A stretch of 64,000 nucleotides of DNA, taken from an uncultured Clostridia bacterium. Its GTDB lineage: Bacteria; Bacillota; Clostridia; TANB77; CAG-508. Where the stretch lies: NCBI GenBank assembly GCA_947628735.1, contig CANRAY010000002.1, positions 35,482 through 99,481 on the forward strand. Reading direction: 5' to 3'. Numbering within the stretch: position 1 is the first letter of the stretch; each line of letters begins with the position of its first letter. The position numbers were made by a program, and so were the translations under genes. The notes beneath the pieces are model-generated. The model was not told where the DNA came from. It saw only the letters and a list, made by a program, of their open reading frames with translations, and searched no databases. Shown here in pieces: positions 45,990 to 56,615 of the stretch.

Positions 45990-46268
45990 TTATTTTTTAT
46001 TTACTAATTCTTTTAATGCTTTTCCTGCTTTGAATACAGGTGCTTTTGAAGCTGGTATTTTGATTTCTTCTTTAGTTTGTGGGTTTCTTCCCTTTCTAGC
46101 AGCTCTTTTTCTTACTTCAAAAGATCCAAATCCAACTAATTGAACTTTATCTCCTTTTACTAATGATCCTGTTACAACATCGATAAATGCGTTTAAAGAA
46201 GCTTCTGCATTTTTCTTTGTTTCTCCTGTTTTAGCTGCAATAGCTGCGATTAATTCTGATTTGTTCAT
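45990..46268 (-). CDS. hup: DNA-binding protein HU
   Basis: MNKSELIAAIA...VQLVGFGSFEVRKRAARKGRNPQTKEEIKIPASKAPVFKAGKALK is the canonical HU/IHF signature. Confidence 0.95.
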   Translation of the reverse strand: MNKSELIAAIAAKTGETKKNAEASLNAFIDVVTGSLVKGDKVQLVGFGSFEVRKRAARKGRNPQTKEEIKIPASKAPVFKAGKALKELVNKK

Positions 46269-46422
46269 TTTTTATTACCTCCTAATAAGTTTTGAAATAT
46301 GTAGATTTTCAAAATCTCATCTACTAATATCATTATTCGCCAAAGTTGTACAAAATCCTTCTTTTTTTGCTTTATTTTTTCCACTTTTTCTTTATTTTTA
46401 CTTTTTTATTAATTTTTTTGCT

Positions 46423-47994
46423 TCATTTTTTTGAAAAAATTTTAAGTATTATAATGGCTAAAACATATATGATAAAAGATAGTAAAATCGATGCTATTAA
46501 TGCTATTGTATTAGAAAAAATTGGTAACATATATTGATAAGAAAAAATTGCTGTTATTGACATTATTCCAGTTGCTAATATTGGTTTTATTATATATTGA
46601 TTTATTTTAATATCTAATTTTATATATTTTTTTAGCATTATAAAATCAATAGAACAAGCTATTAAGTGGCATATTGTTGTTGAAAATGCTGCTCCCGCAG
46701 TGCCTCCTAATATAAAAAAATCTGGATTTATTTGCACTAATACTAAATTCAATATCAATTTTGCTATTACTCCAACGCTCAACGAAATTGCTGGTATTAT
46801 AGTTTTTCCTATTCCTTGTAAAATGCCACTTATTGTTTGCTCTAATACAATAAATATTATAGATGTTGCGCTAACTTGCAATATAAAATCACCTGATAAT
46901 TGATTTGGAAATAATAATTTTAAAATAGGAGTTGCAAATAATATCATTCCTGCCATACACGGTAATCCTATTAATATTGTTATTAAAATAGAATATTCTA
47001 TTCTTTTTTTTGCTTCATAATTTTTTCCTTTTGCTATTGTTCCTGATAGTGACGGTACTAATGCTGTTACAAATGCTGTATTGAATGACATTGGTAAAGT
47101 TACTAAGGTATCTACCTTTCCACTTAATATTCCATATTGTGCTTTTGCTGTACTTTCTGTCAAAAAATTTTTTAGACCTCTCACAATTGTTATGGAGTCT
47201 ATATTTTTATTAATAGTCCCTAGTAATGGTGTTAATGACATTGGAATAGATACTTTAAAAATTCTTTTTATTGTTTCTCCTATAGTATTATATTTAAAAT
47301 TGCAAGTATTCTTTACTTCTTTTGCTACCTCTTTTCTTACTCCTATATAATATATGTATAAGTAAGAAAAACATAGAATAGCAGATAATGTAGTAGCTAG
47401 ATTTGCTCCTGCTGCCATAATACTTGTATCCATTCCAGTTACTACTGCTACAATTTCTATAATAATAATTGTTAATACAGTCTTAAATGTTTGTTCTATA
47501 GATTGTGCATGTGCTGTTACTTTTATACATTCTCTACCATTAAAGTATCCTTTTATAACTGATATTAATGATACAAAGAATATGGATGGAGCAAGTGCCT
47601 TAAGACTCATTTCTGCTTCTGGTATTTGTAACCAGTTATTTGCAATTACTTTTGATCCCATAAATAATAAAATTGAACATAAAAATCCAATTGTTCCAAA
47701 TGTTGCTATTGCAATTCTAAAAATTCTATGTGCTCCTTTGCTGTCCCCTAATGCTATCCTTTCAGATACCATTTTTGAAAGTGCATTTGGTACACCTATA
47801 GATGATACTGTTAAAAGCAATGCATATATTTGAAATCCACTAGAGTATATAGCATTTCCCTTGTCACCAAATCCCTCTCTATTTGTTATGTACATTCTAT
47901 ATATTAATCCTAATATTTTAACAAATATTTGAGATAATAGTAGGATTGCAACACTTTTTATAAATCCTTGCTTTTTTAATTTTCTTTCTTTCAT
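46423..47994 (-). CDS. spoVB: MOP-superfamily flippase, stage V sporulation protein B-like
   Basis: About 14 TMs. The N-terminal GFIKSVAILLLSQIFVKILGLIYRMYI...GNAIYSSGFQIYALLLTVSSIGVPNALSKMVSE matches the SpoVB/polysaccharide-biosynthesis pattern. Confidence 0.65.
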   Translation of the reverse strand: MKERKLKKQGFIKSVAILLLSQIFVKILGLIYRMYITNREGFGDKGNAIYSSGFQIYALLLTVSSIGVPNALSKMVSERIALGDSKGAHRIFRIAIATFGTIGFLCSILLFMGSKVIANNWLQIPEAEMSLKALAPSIFFVSLISVIKGYFNGRECIKVTAHAQSIEQTFKTVLTIIIIEIVAVVTGMDTSIMAAGANLATTLSAILCFSYLYIYYIGVRKEVAKEVKNTCNFKYNTIGETIKRIFKVSIPMSLTPLLGTINKNIDSITIVRGLKNFLTESTAKAQYGILSGKVDTLVTLPMSFNTAFVTALVPSLSGTIAKGKNYEAKKRIEYSILITILIGLPCMAGMILFATPILKLLFPNQLSGDFILQVSATSIIFIVLEQTISGILQGIGKTIIPAISLSVGVIAKLILNLVLVQINPDFFILGGTAGAAFSTTICHLIACSIDFIMLKKYIKLDIKINQYIIKPILATGIMSITAIFSYQYMLPIFSNTIALIASILLSFIIYVLAIIILKIFSKK

Positions 47995-48174
47995 ATTTTC
48001 CTTTTCACTTTCATTTTATAATTCATATTATTTTTTATCCTCCTTTTTATTCCTAATAAAATTTATTTTATATTTTATTAGCAATATTTATTTTTCATTT
48101 TTCCTACTTTTTTTGCTAAAACTATTGTTTTTTTGCCGATTTTATAGGATAATATATATGTATAATTTTATTTT

Positions 48175-50535
48175 TTGAAAGTGGTGAAAACTTTGAAATA
48201 TATTGACAAATTTTTAAAATTTTTAAATACAGATAGAAATACTTTTGTTACATATGTATTAACCCTTGTTTCTATTTATGTTGTTATTGATAGAGTTATT
48301 GAATTAATGTTTATGATATTTACGGGTGTTTCATATTCTTATTGGGGACCAATTGAATATACTCTTGCTTTTGCAGCAATTATTTTGGCTTTTTTCTGTT
48401 CTTTTGGTTCAAAATTTGCTAAGGCGGATGTTGATAAACTAAGATTTTTTAATACTTATACCATAGCGTTATATATTGTATTTATTTCATTCTTAGTGCA
48501 AGGATTAAATTCAATGGCTTGGTTAGGTATTTTATCACTTCCAAATTACCCAGAACTCGCTACAGAATTTTCGTATTTATTTAGACCAGCTTTTACAGCA
48601 GTATCACTTTACTTACCACTTGTAACATTCTACAAACTATTTAAATGGCTAACATTTACTATCAACGATACTAAAGATATTAAAGATTCTATCTTTGATT
48701 ATGGTGGTATTAGTTTAGCTCCTACTGATAAAGATGCAGGAAAATATAGTGCAGAAGTTATGCTTTGTGTTGATTCAGAAAGTGGTGAAGATGTATATAT
48801 TCCAGAATCTAAGAGATTAGAATCTTTACTAGCTGTTGGAGTTTCTGGTTCTGGTAAAACTACTATGATTTATGAACCTATGATTGCTAGGGATTTAGAT
48901 AGAAAATACTTTTTCCGTGAGATTTCAAAAGAAATGGGATTTACTGCATTAAGAACAGGAATTGCGTATTTAAATTGTCCTTATGATAATGCTTATTTAA
49001 ATGAAAACTTTTCACTTAATTTATTATCACCAAACTCTGAAAAAGTAGATTTATATAATAAATATATGAAGAAAATGATTATTGGAAATTTGAATGGTCA
49101 ATATGTTTATAGAAATTTTGGTCTTACATATGTTTCAGCAGAATATGAATCTATTGAAAAAATGGTTAAAGTAGCTAATAACTTTAAGATTAAAGTAAAC
49201 TTGATTGATCCTAATAATTCAAATTCACCTGGTTTAAATCCATTTTCATATTCAGATCCATTAAAAACTGCTTCAGCTATATCAGAAGTTGTAAAAGGAT
49301 TATATGAAAGTACTCGTCCAGATTTACAGGTAGCATTAAGAGAAAATCTAGCTATGCAGGCTATTGATAATTTATCAATTTTGTTAAAAGAGATATATCC
49401 TTTACAAAATAATGGTGATTTACCTAACCTAGAAGATTTGCTTAATATGTTAAATGATTTTTCTTTAGTAGAGAAAATGACAGAAGATATGAAACAAATT
49501 CCAGAACTTGCAGAAAAATATAGAATTTTAATTAAGTACTTTGAAAATAATTTTTATTCAACAGGAAAAGATATCAGTATGATGCAAAGTTCATTATATA
49601 GTACTTCTGCTGAATTAGATAATTTATTAAGATATCCAGGATTAAAAAATATATTGTGTAACCGTACTAATAATTTAAATTTCGATACATCTTTGGCTAA
49701 TGGAGAAGTTACATTTGTATGTACAAGAAGAGGAGACTTTGGTGCTACTGCTCATAAAGCTTTCGGTAAGTTTTTCTTATTGTTAATGCAACAATCTGTT
49801 CTTGCAAGACCTGGTAATGATTCAAATAGAATTTCTCATTTCTTATATATAGATGATTTTCCAGACTTCTTATGTAAGGCAATAGAACCTATCTTCACAA
49901 TTTATAGAAAATATAAAGTAGGTTGTATTTTATCTGCACAAACATTATCACAATTAGGTGCTGATAAGAGTAACTTTAGAAGTGAGATTCTTGCTAACTG
50001 TGTTAATAAAGCAATTTTTGGTAATGCTTTACCAGAAGATGTACAATGGTGGCAAACTGAATTACAAGATAAGAGAGAGTGGAGATGGACCAAAAATTAT
50101 GAAACTGATGCTGAGAAAGGCTTAGGTTATGATTCTAAATTAGGTAACATCGGTTATTTATGGGTTCCTAACTACGCTGCTGGTAAAATTATGTCATTAA
50201 AATCAAAGCAAATTATTTTTAAAGTAAAAGATAGTAAAGGAAAAAGTTATGTTGCAAAAGGTAAATTAGATTTTCTTGAATCTAAATATAAAGAGCCTAA
50301 AAAGATTAAAGAATATAACTTTGAAAAATTTACTAATGGAATAGCAGATGCTGATAAAGTTAAAGAAACTTCTAAGAAATTCAGAGGAAACTTTGCAGCT
50401 GCTGCCTCATCTAATGATCCAACAGATTTTTCATCTGAAAGTGATCCAATTAAGATGGATAATAGTGATTCAAAATTCTTACTTGATAACGAAGATGCTA
50501 TTATATTTGATTTTAAAAGAGATAAAAATAATTAA
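48175..50535 (+). CDS. VirD4/TraG/TraD-like type IV coupling protein-type ATPase with an N-terminal multi-TM domain
   Basis: 4-5 N-terminal TMs, Walker A LLAVGVSGSGKTT, Walker B-like HFLYIDDFPDF, and the TraG-D_C-like segment CILSAQTLSQLGADKSNFRSEILANCVNKAIFGN. The start codon is uncertain among TTG 48175, GTG, and the downstream TTG. Confidence 0.55.
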   Translation: MKVVKTLKYIDKFLKFLNTDRNTFVTYVLTLVSIYVVIDRVIELMFMIFTGVSYSYWGPIEYTLAFAAIILAFFCSFGSKFAKADVDKLRFFNTYTIALYIVFISFLVQGLNSMAWLGILSLPNYPELATEFSYLFRPAFTAVSLYLPLVTFYKLFKWLTFTINDTKDIKDSIFDYGGISLAPTDKDAGKYSAEVMLCVDSESGEDVYIPESKRLESLLAVGVSGSGKTTMIYEPMIARDLDRKYFFREISKEMGFTALRTGIAYLNCPYDNAYLNENFSLNLLSPNSEKVDLYNKYMKKMIIGNLNGQYVYRNFGLTYVSAEYESIEKMVKVANNFKIKVNLIDPNNSNSPGLNPFSYSDPLKTASAISEVVKGLYESTRPDLQVALRENLAMQAIDNLSILLKEIYPLQNNGDLPNLEDLLNMLNDFSLVEKMTEDMKQIPELAEKYRILIKYFENNFYSTGKDISMMQSSLYSTSAELDNLLRYPGLKNILCNRTNNLNFDTSLANGEVTFVCTRRGDFGATAHKAFGKFFLLLMQQSVLARPGNDSNRISHFLYIDDFPDFLCKAIEPIFTIYRKYKVGCILSAQTLSQLGADKSNFRSEILANCVNKAIFGNALPEDVQWWQTELQDKREWRWTKNYETDAEKGLGYDSKLGNIGYLWVPNYAAGKIMSLKSKQIIFKVKDSKGKSYVAKGKLDFLESKYKEPKKIKEYNFEKFTNGIADADKVKETSKKFRGNFAAAASSNDPTDFSSESDPIKMDNSDSKFLLDNEDAIIFDFKRDKNN

Positions 50536-50536
50536 T

Positions 50537-50574
50537 AAAAATCCATTCAGAATCAATTCTGAATGGATTTTTTT
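50537..50574. terminator. Bidirectional terminator between the convergent coupling-protein and replication-relaxation genes
   Basis: Stem atccattcagaat (50541-50553) / attctgaatggat (50556-50568), flanked by an A-run and a T-run. Confidence 0.75.
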
Positions 50575-50590
50575 ATTTGTTTAATAATAT

Positions 50591-51532
50591 TTAAATTCCT
50601 AGTAATTTTACTTCTACGTTTTCCATTTTATATTTTTGAGTTTTTTCATCTAATTTATATTCTACAAGTGTTTTTTCAAGTGTTTCTTCATTTTGTCTTA
50701 AATCTGTTGAAAAGTACATCTTTATTCTTTTTAGTTCTACTTGATTTATAACAATTGTTTTAAATGTTTCTGCCATATGTTTTTCATCTTCACAAATAAT
50801 AATTAATTGAGGCATTGATTGGAAACCTGAATCCATAATTTGATAATTATCATAGAAGTCATTGTATAATCTCATTTTATCTACTAATTTCTTTTCCCAA
50901 TCTTGTTCTCTTCTAATTACTTCAAATAAAAATTCTATTGATCTTCCATTTTTTGTTAGTTTTACACTTCCACCAGTTGCTTTAAATGTTTTTCCTGTTT
51001 GTTTTGCTGTAATAGTAGGTTTTACATTATATGATTCAAATGCTTTTACTTTTCTCAAATAAGCAATTAGAGTTTGATTTCCAGCTAGTCTTTTTTTAAT
51101 CATTGGAACTGGTTTTGTATTATCTGTTGGTTGCCATTTACATTCAGTTCCTCTTGAATTTAATAGATATTTTCCCATTTTTTCTAGGCAATAAATTCTA
51201 TAAATTCCCTTTCCATCTTCCCCATTAAAATAATATCTAGTTAAGATTTTTGATTTTATTAATTGTTCTAACTTATTATTTAGTTTATCTTGTGAAGCTA
51301 TTTCAGCACCTTTCCATTGTAACATTTGAAATAGCTGTCTTGATGTAATAAATTCAAATTCATTAACTAATTCTATAATTTGAAAATGTAATTCATTAAT
51401 ATGTCCAATGTTAATTTTATGAATAATTTGATTCATTGAAACATATCCATCTTTTCCATCAAATGTTTTAATTTCTCCTTCTCTTACTGCAAATGGTGAA
51501 ACAACTGCTTTAATTTCGTTATCTTCTACCAT
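50591..51532 (-). CDS. Replication-relaxation family protein (winged-helix N-domain)
   Basis: FQIIELVNEFEFITSRQLFQMLQWKG...LNNKLEQLIKSKILTRYYF...IYRIYCLEKMGKYLL follows the PF13814 pattern (il..l..frfltt.ql..l......rrL..L...gl..r....y.Lt..G). The C-terminal ...EFLFEVIRREQDWEKKLVDKMRLYNDFY...PQLIIICEDE also fits. Recognised from memory only. Confidence 0.5.
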   Translation of the reverse strand: MVEDNEIKAVVSPFAVREGEIKTFDGKDGYVSMNQIIHKINIGHINELHFQIIELVNEFEFITSRQLFQMLQWKGAEIASQDKLNNKLEQLIKSKILTRYYFNGEDGKGIYRIYCLEKMGKYLLNSRGTECKWQPTDNTKPVPMIKKRLAGNQTLIAYLRKVKAFESYNVKPTITAKQTGKTFKATGGSVKLTKNGRSIEFLFEVIRREQDWEKKLVDKMRLYNDFYDNYQIMDSGFQSMPQLIIICEDEKHMAETFKTIVINQVELKRIKMYFSTDLRQNEETLEKTLVEYKLDEKTQKYKMENVEVKLLGI

Positions 51533-51553
51533 ATTCTTTCCTCCTTTAATTAA

Positions 51554-52360
51554 TTATACTATAACTAATTTAATCTTCTTCTTTTCTGGAATAATTCTTT
51601 TTATGCTAACAATTACATTTTGTCCATATTCAATGTCTGGTCTATATTCTGCCATTCCTACTAAATTTGGTCTTAATTCTATGAATATACCATTTTTATT
51701 TTTGTCTGTTTCTCTTGCAATTCCTGTAACAATATCTCCTTCTTGAAACAATTTTGCATTATCTTGCCAACTTCCTAATAGTTCTTTATATGTTAAAATT
51801 ACTCTTTCCAAGTTTCTGTCTATGTATTTTACCATAACTTTGATTCTTTGTCCAATTTCAAATCTTTCTGATGGATTTTTTATTCTAGCAACCGAAATAT
51901 CTTCAATTCTTAATAGTCCAACTACTCCTCCTCCAATTTCAACAAATACTCCATATGGCTGTATACTTTTTACAATTCCATCTACTATTTTACCTTCACT
52001 TAAGTCATTCATAATCCATCTTAAAGCTTCTTCACATACTTCTTTTCTTGATAAAATAAAGTGATTTTGATTATCTACACTTTTTACTTTGAATTGTACA
52101 AATTTATTAATTTTGCTCATACAAATATTAGGTCTTGGTACTCCATTTTTATTATTATTAATTGCTTCTACTTCATTTCTTGGAATGACGCCTACTACAT
52201 CATCATCACTTTGAATATATAAATTATAATTAGAATCACATTTAGTTACATATCCACTTAATATGCTATCATTTTGAAAGGCAATATTCAAATCCTTTTT
52301 TGATAATTGATGAATATTATGATTCCAACCTTCTGGTATAAATTTTTGCACCTCTTCCAT
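51554..52360 (-). CDS. S1 RNA-binding domain protein (three S1-like repeats)
   Basis: GKIVDGIVKSIQPYGVFVEIGGGVVGLLRIEDIS and GDIVTGIARETDKNKNGIFIELRPNLVGMAE are S1 OB-fold signatures. Confidence 0.8.
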   Translation of the reverse strand: MEEVQKFIPEGWNHNIHQLSKKDLNIAFQNDSILSGYVTKCDSNYNLYIQSDDDVVGVIPRNEVEAINNNKNGVPRPNICMSKINKFVQFKVKSVDNQNHFILSRKEVCEEALRWIMNDLSEGKIVDGIVKSIQPYGVFVEIGGGVVGLLRIEDISVARIKNPSERFEIGQRIKVMVKYIDRNLERVILTYKELLGSWQDNAKLFQEGDIVTGIARETDKNKNGIFIELRPNLVGMAEYRPDIEYGQNVIVSIKRIIPEKKKIKLVIV

Positions 52361-52371
52361 TTCTTTCTCCT

Positions 52372-53100
52372 TTATCTTCTGTTATTTAATAACTGTTTTA
52401 CTTCCTTTTCGCTTAAATATCTCCATGTTCCTAATCTTAAGTCTTTAACATCAATATTTCCAATTTTACTTCTATGAAGCGCTAGTACTTTTTTCCCTAT
52501 GGTTGCTAACATTTTTCTTACTTCACGGTTCTTTCCTTCATGAATTATAATTTCAATTCTAGAAATATTTTTTTCTTTATCTACTTTTAAAATTCTTACT
52601 TTTGCTTCTCCAGTTGTATAATTTTCTATTTGTACTCCATTTCTTAATGTTTCTATTTCATCTTCAGTAATATTTCCTTTTATTGTTGCATTATATGTTT
52701 TTTCTATTTCATATTTAGGATGTGTTACTTTATATATAAAGTCTCCATCATTTGTTAAAATAATAGCTCCTGAAGTATACATATCTAATCTTCCTACTGG
52801 TAATACTTTTTCTTTTGTTTCAACTAAATCAACAACTGTATCTCTTTGAAATTGATCTTTAGTTGTTGTTACATATCCAATTGGTTTATTTAGTAAAATA
52901 TATACTTTATTTTCAGTTTGTTGTTTTATTTGTTGATTTTTAAATATTATTTCATCAAAATCCGGATCTACCTTTGTTCCTAATTCTGTTACCACTTTTC
53001 CATTTACTTTCACATCTCCGTTTAAAATGTGTTCTTCTGCTTTTCTTCTCGAGCAAATTCCATTGTTTGCTAAGAATTTTTGTAGTCTAAGTTCGCTCAA
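52372..53100 (-). CDS. rluB: Pseudouridine synthase, RsuA/RluB family, with an S4 domain
   Basis: S4 domain LRLQKFLANNGICSRRKAEEHILNGDVKVNG, and the catalytic motif GRLDMYTSGAIILTNDG. Confidence 0.85.
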   Translation of the reverse strand: MSELRLQKFLANNGICSRRKAEEHILNGDVKVNGKVVTELGTKVDPDFDEIIFKNQQIKQQTENKVYILLNKPIGYVTTTKDQFQRDTVVDLVETKEKVLPVGRLDMYTSGAIILTNDGDFIYKVTHPKYEIEKTYNATIKGNITEDEIETLRNGVQIENYTTGEAKVRILKVDKEKNISRIEIIIHEGKNREVRKMLATIGKKVLALHRSKIGNIDVKDLRLGTWRYLSEKEVKQLLNNRR

Positions 53101-53995
53101 TTAATTCACCTTCTATAATTTCTTTAAAATATTGTGGTAGTTCTGCTTCCAAATGCATTTTTTCTCCAGTTATCGGATGTACAAATTCCAAAACTTTAGC
53201 ATGTAGCATTTGTCCTTCTACACCAAATTCATTTTTTCCATTAGAGTATACCATATCTCCTACTACTGGATGTCCAATTTCTGCCATATGTACTCTTATT
53301 TGATGTGTTCTTCCTGTATCAATTTTTACTTCTAACAGTGTATATTTTGGATATCTTTTTAATACTTTAAAATGTGTTACTGCTTCTTTTCCTTTTTTTG
53401 TTACTGCCATTTTCTTTCTGTCTTTTGTACTTCTTCCTATTGGCATATTTATAGTAGCTTCTTCCTCTTTTACTACGCCTCGTACTAATGCTATATAAAT
53501 TTTCTTTACTTCTCGATTTTTAATAGCCTCGCTCATTTTGATATGTGCTTTATCATTTTTTGCAACAATTAGTAATCCTGATGTATCTTTATCTAATCTG
53601 TGTACAATTCCTGGTCTTAGTTCTCCCCCAATTCCAGATAAACTATCTTTGCATATTGCCATAATTGCATTCACTAATGTTCCATCCGGATTTCCGTTAG
53701 CTGGATGCACTACTAGGCCTTTTGGTTTATTTACTACAATAATGTCATTATCTTCATATACTATTTCTATTGGTATTTCTTGTGGTTTTAAGTCTATTTC
53801 TTTTATTTCTGGAATTTTAATTGTAATTTTATCTCCTAATTGTACTTTATATGATGCTTTTTTAGTCTGTCCATTTACTTGTATGCTACCATCTTCAATT
53901 AATTTTTGTATCATTGTTCTTGATAATTCTTCTTTTTCTTTGGCTATCAAAGCGTCTAAACGTACATTTTCTGTTTGTACAATGATTTCTTCCAT
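53087..53995 (-). CDS. rluD: RluA-family pseudouridine synthase (RluD-like)
   Basis: S4-like N-terminus, the catalytic HRLDKDTSGLLIVAKN, and the TGRTHQIRVHM motif. Confidence 0.9.
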   Translation of the reverse strand: MEEIIVQTENVRLDALIAKEKEELSRTMIQKLIEDGSIQVNGQTKKASYKVQLGDKITIKIPEIKEIDLKPQEIPIEIVYEDNDIIVVNKPKGLVVHPANGNPDGTLVNAIMAICKDSLSGIGGELRPGIVHRLDKDTSGLLIVAKNDKAHIKMSEAIKNREVKKIYIALVRGVVKEEEATINMPIGRSTKDRKKMAVTKKGKEAVTHFKVLKRYPKYTLLEVKIDTGRTHQIRVHMAEIGHPVVGDMVYSNGKNEFGVEGQMLHAKVLEFVHPITGEKMHLEAELPQYFKEIIEGELIERT

Positions 53996-53996
53996 T

Positions 53997-55703
53997 TTAA
54001 TTTTCTTCCAATCTTGAATATATTATAAAATTCTTATCTTCATATAACTGTTCATATCTATCGTCTCTTGAAATCAACATATTTAGTTTTGTATTTTTCT
54101 TCATTAATACATGTGTTATGTCATATTCTTCAAATTTATCATTGTAGTATGTTGCTATTGTAGATATATTAATATAATCTGAAAAAATATCTCTTCCTTT
54201 ATATTCTCCTTTTTCATCTTTTTCTCCATTAAATTGAGGAGTATATAAATCTGCTCTTGAATCAATAAATACTGGGATTCCTCTGTATAATAAATAACTT
54301 CCGTAATTATATTCATTATATAATTTTATATTTTCTACATCTAAATTTTCTAAAATAAAGTCTGCTGCCTCTACTGGATATGATGCTGAACTTACTATTG
54401 GACTATTGATTTTTCCTTTATATAATATAAAGCTTACTAATATAACTAATAATATGGTTAATGTTTTGCCTAAAAAACTAGTCATTGATTTTACCATTTT
54501 AGTGCATCCTTCAGGATCATATTTATTTACTATTGCTGTTAATAATTTTTCAAAAATAAGAGCACAGATTATAATAAACATTGATTCCTGTCTTCTAGAC
54601 ATAAACACTAATAATACCAAACCTCCTAGCATAAAGAAATCTCTTAATCTGATTTTGGTATCTGTCAAAATTAAAATTCCTAAAAACATTACAAATACAG
54701 TTAACAATTCTTTATCATCAATTAAAGTTAAAGGTAAATGTTCACTGATATTTTTCATCGTATTGCCTTGCATTGTTTTTACTAAATATGTGTATGGTAC
54801 ATCTCCTAATGGTGTTAATAGTCCTGTAAATGCACATATAACCATAATTAAAATTAACCACTTAGTCGCACTTTCTTTTACTATTTTTAATCGATATGGA
54901 TTGGCTCTTCTCTCATTTCTTTTAGCTATTGTTTTTTCTAATTTAGTTTGTAGTTGTTCTATTTCGCTCGTTAAATTTTCTATTTGCTTTGCTTTTTTAT
55001 CTTCCGCTTCAGGTTTTACTTTCTTAGCGCTTAGCTTTCTTAATTTGTATTTTTTCCACCAACTTTGAACATTATAAACAATATTTAGGTCAATGACTAC
55101 TGCAATTAAATATTCTGCTATATATGGTATAAATAGTACAAAGTAGAATGGCCATACTGCTGCATGTACATTTGCTATGATAATTGGTAATATTATCAAG
55201 CCAATAGCATATCTTTTTTTCTTTGTTTTCAAAAATTGTTCAATAAATAAAATCTCTAAAATAAATATAAAATATGTTACTAATTGAGCTCTTGCTGCAA
55301 TAAAGCTTTCCAACATATATAATACACCCAGTGTAATAAAAAACGAAATCAATTGATTTTTACATATTTTCATAGATACAACATAGAATAATATACCTAG
55401 TAACATACATAATACTATTGTTGAAATATATATTGCTGTAAATCCACCAATACCTGTTATTTCTCCAATGTTAAAAATTTCATAAATCGCTACATCATAT
55501 GCCCAATGAGGATACGTATATGGTAAATCTTCATGCCATGAGAATGGATCTTTCATGTCTATACCATTTTGTACAATATGTTCTCCTATTTTTACTGTAT
55601 AGTATGTATCATTTTGTAATGTTTTTGGAGTAATTGCAAAGCAAAATATAATAATTGCAAATATTGCTAATACGTTAAATTTTATTTTTGTCTTACTTTC
55701 CAT
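53997..55703 (-). CDS. Large polytopic membrane protein with a central coiled-coil insert; possibly a GT-C-type glycosyltransferase-like fold
   Basis: Ten or more hydrophobic helices, a charged coiled segment KKVKPEAEDKKAKQIENLTSEIEQLQTKLEKTIAKRNERR, and a soluble C-terminal domain. No diagnostic motif recognised. Confidence 0.3.
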   Translation of the reverse strand: MESKTKIKFNVLAIFAIIIFCFAITPKTLQNDTYYTVKIGEHIVQNGIDMKDPFSWHEDLPYTYPHWAYDVAIYEIFNIGEITGIGGFTAIYISTIVLCMLLGILFYVVSMKICKNQLISFFITLGVLYMLESFIAARAQLVTYFIFILEILFIEQFLKTKKKRYAIGLIILPIIIANVHAAVWPFYFVLFIPYIAEYLIAVVIDLNIVYNVQSWWKKYKLRKLSAKKVKPEAEDKKAKQIENLTSEIEQLQTKLEKTIAKRNERRANPYRLKIVKESATKWLILIMVICAFTGLLTPLGDVPYTYLVKTMQGNTMKNISEHLPLTLIDDKELLTVFVMFLGILILTDTKIRLRDFFMLGGLVLLVFMSRRQESMFIIICALIFEKLLTAIVNKYDPEGCTKMVKSMTSFLGKTLTILLVILVSFILYKGKINSPIVSSASYPVEAADFILENLDVENIKLYNEYNYGSYLLYRGIPVFIDSRADLYTPQFNGEKDEKGEYKGRDIFSDYINISTIATYYNDKFEEYDITHVLMKKNTKLNMLISRDDRYEQLYEDKNFIIYSRLEEN

Positions 55704-55724
55704 TTATGTATTTCTTCCTTTCCC

Positions 55725-56462
55725 TTATATATCAAACTCTGCATATATTGCATTATGATCTGATGTATCATTTACATCTATTGTTTTAAAAGTTCTTATT
55801 TTTATATTATTTGAATAAAATATAGTATCTATACATCCATTCCCTAATTTTGAAAACCATGTATCTTCTACATTATCTATTTTCTTTAGATATTTTTTTA
55901 AAATCTCATATTCTTCGTATTTTTCTTTTGCTTCAAAAGTATATTTGCCTTTTCCTAATCTAGTAACACCTACATTAAAGTCTCCACCAATAATTATTGT
56001 TTCGTCTTGTTCTATCTTTTTTATAATTCTAACTAATTCTTTTACCGCTAATATTCTTTCATCTTCATAAGTTGATAAATGAACTGTAAATAGGTTTATT
56101 TTTGCTGTTCCTAATGCAATTCTATTGCATAAAATTCCACGTTGTTCATGATTTAGATCTGTAAGTGGCATTAAATAATTGGTAGAAAATGATATTGGAA
56201 AACGGCTAATAATTCCATCTCCATAATACCCTTCTTCTAAAGTAATATTAGTTTCCATCGAGCAATATGGTAAATAGACTTTTCTACTAAATTCTCTAAT
56301 TTGATTTCTCTCTTCTGTTCTTTTGGTATACATATCAATTTCTTGTAAAAATATAATGTCTGGTTTATATACGTTCAATATATTAGCTTGTCTTTCTATA
56401 TCAACTTTTCCATCCATTCCTTTTCCATGAGCACAATTGAATGTAATTACTTTTAAGAGCAT
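55725..56462 (-). CDS. Endonuclease/exonuclease/phosphatase (EEP) family protein
   Basis: VITFNCAHG...DIIFLQEID N-terminal motifs and the C-terminal SDHNAIYAEF. Confidence 0.8.
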   Translation of the reverse strand: MLLKVITFNCAHGKGMDGKVDIERQANILNVYKPDIIFLQEIDMYTKRTEERNQIREFSRKVYLPYCSMETNITLEEGYYGDGIISRFPISFSTNYLMPLTDLNHEQRGILCNRIALGTAKINLFTVHLSTYEDERILAVKELVRIIKKIEQDETIIIGGDFNVGVTRLGKGKYTFEAKEKYEEYEILKKYLKKIDNVEDTWFSKLGNGCIDTIFYSNNIKIRTFKTIDVNDTSDHNAIYAEFDI

Positions 56463-56564
56463 CTATTTTCTCCTTTTTTATATAAAATTTCATGTTCTCA
56501 TTATATCAGAAAAGTGTTATCTGATACAAGTTTTTTAGTAAATTCAATGTAATTTCTTAATTAT

Positions 56565-56612
56565 TAAAAAAATGCTAATTCTCCACTTTAATAAGTGAAT
56601 AAATTAGCATTT
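56565..56612 (-). terminator. Rho-independent terminator after the P1B-ATPase gene
   Basis: Stem aaatgctaatt (56570-56580) / aattagcattt (56602-56612), with flanking A/T runs. Confidence 0.55.
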
Positions 56613-56615
56613 TTA

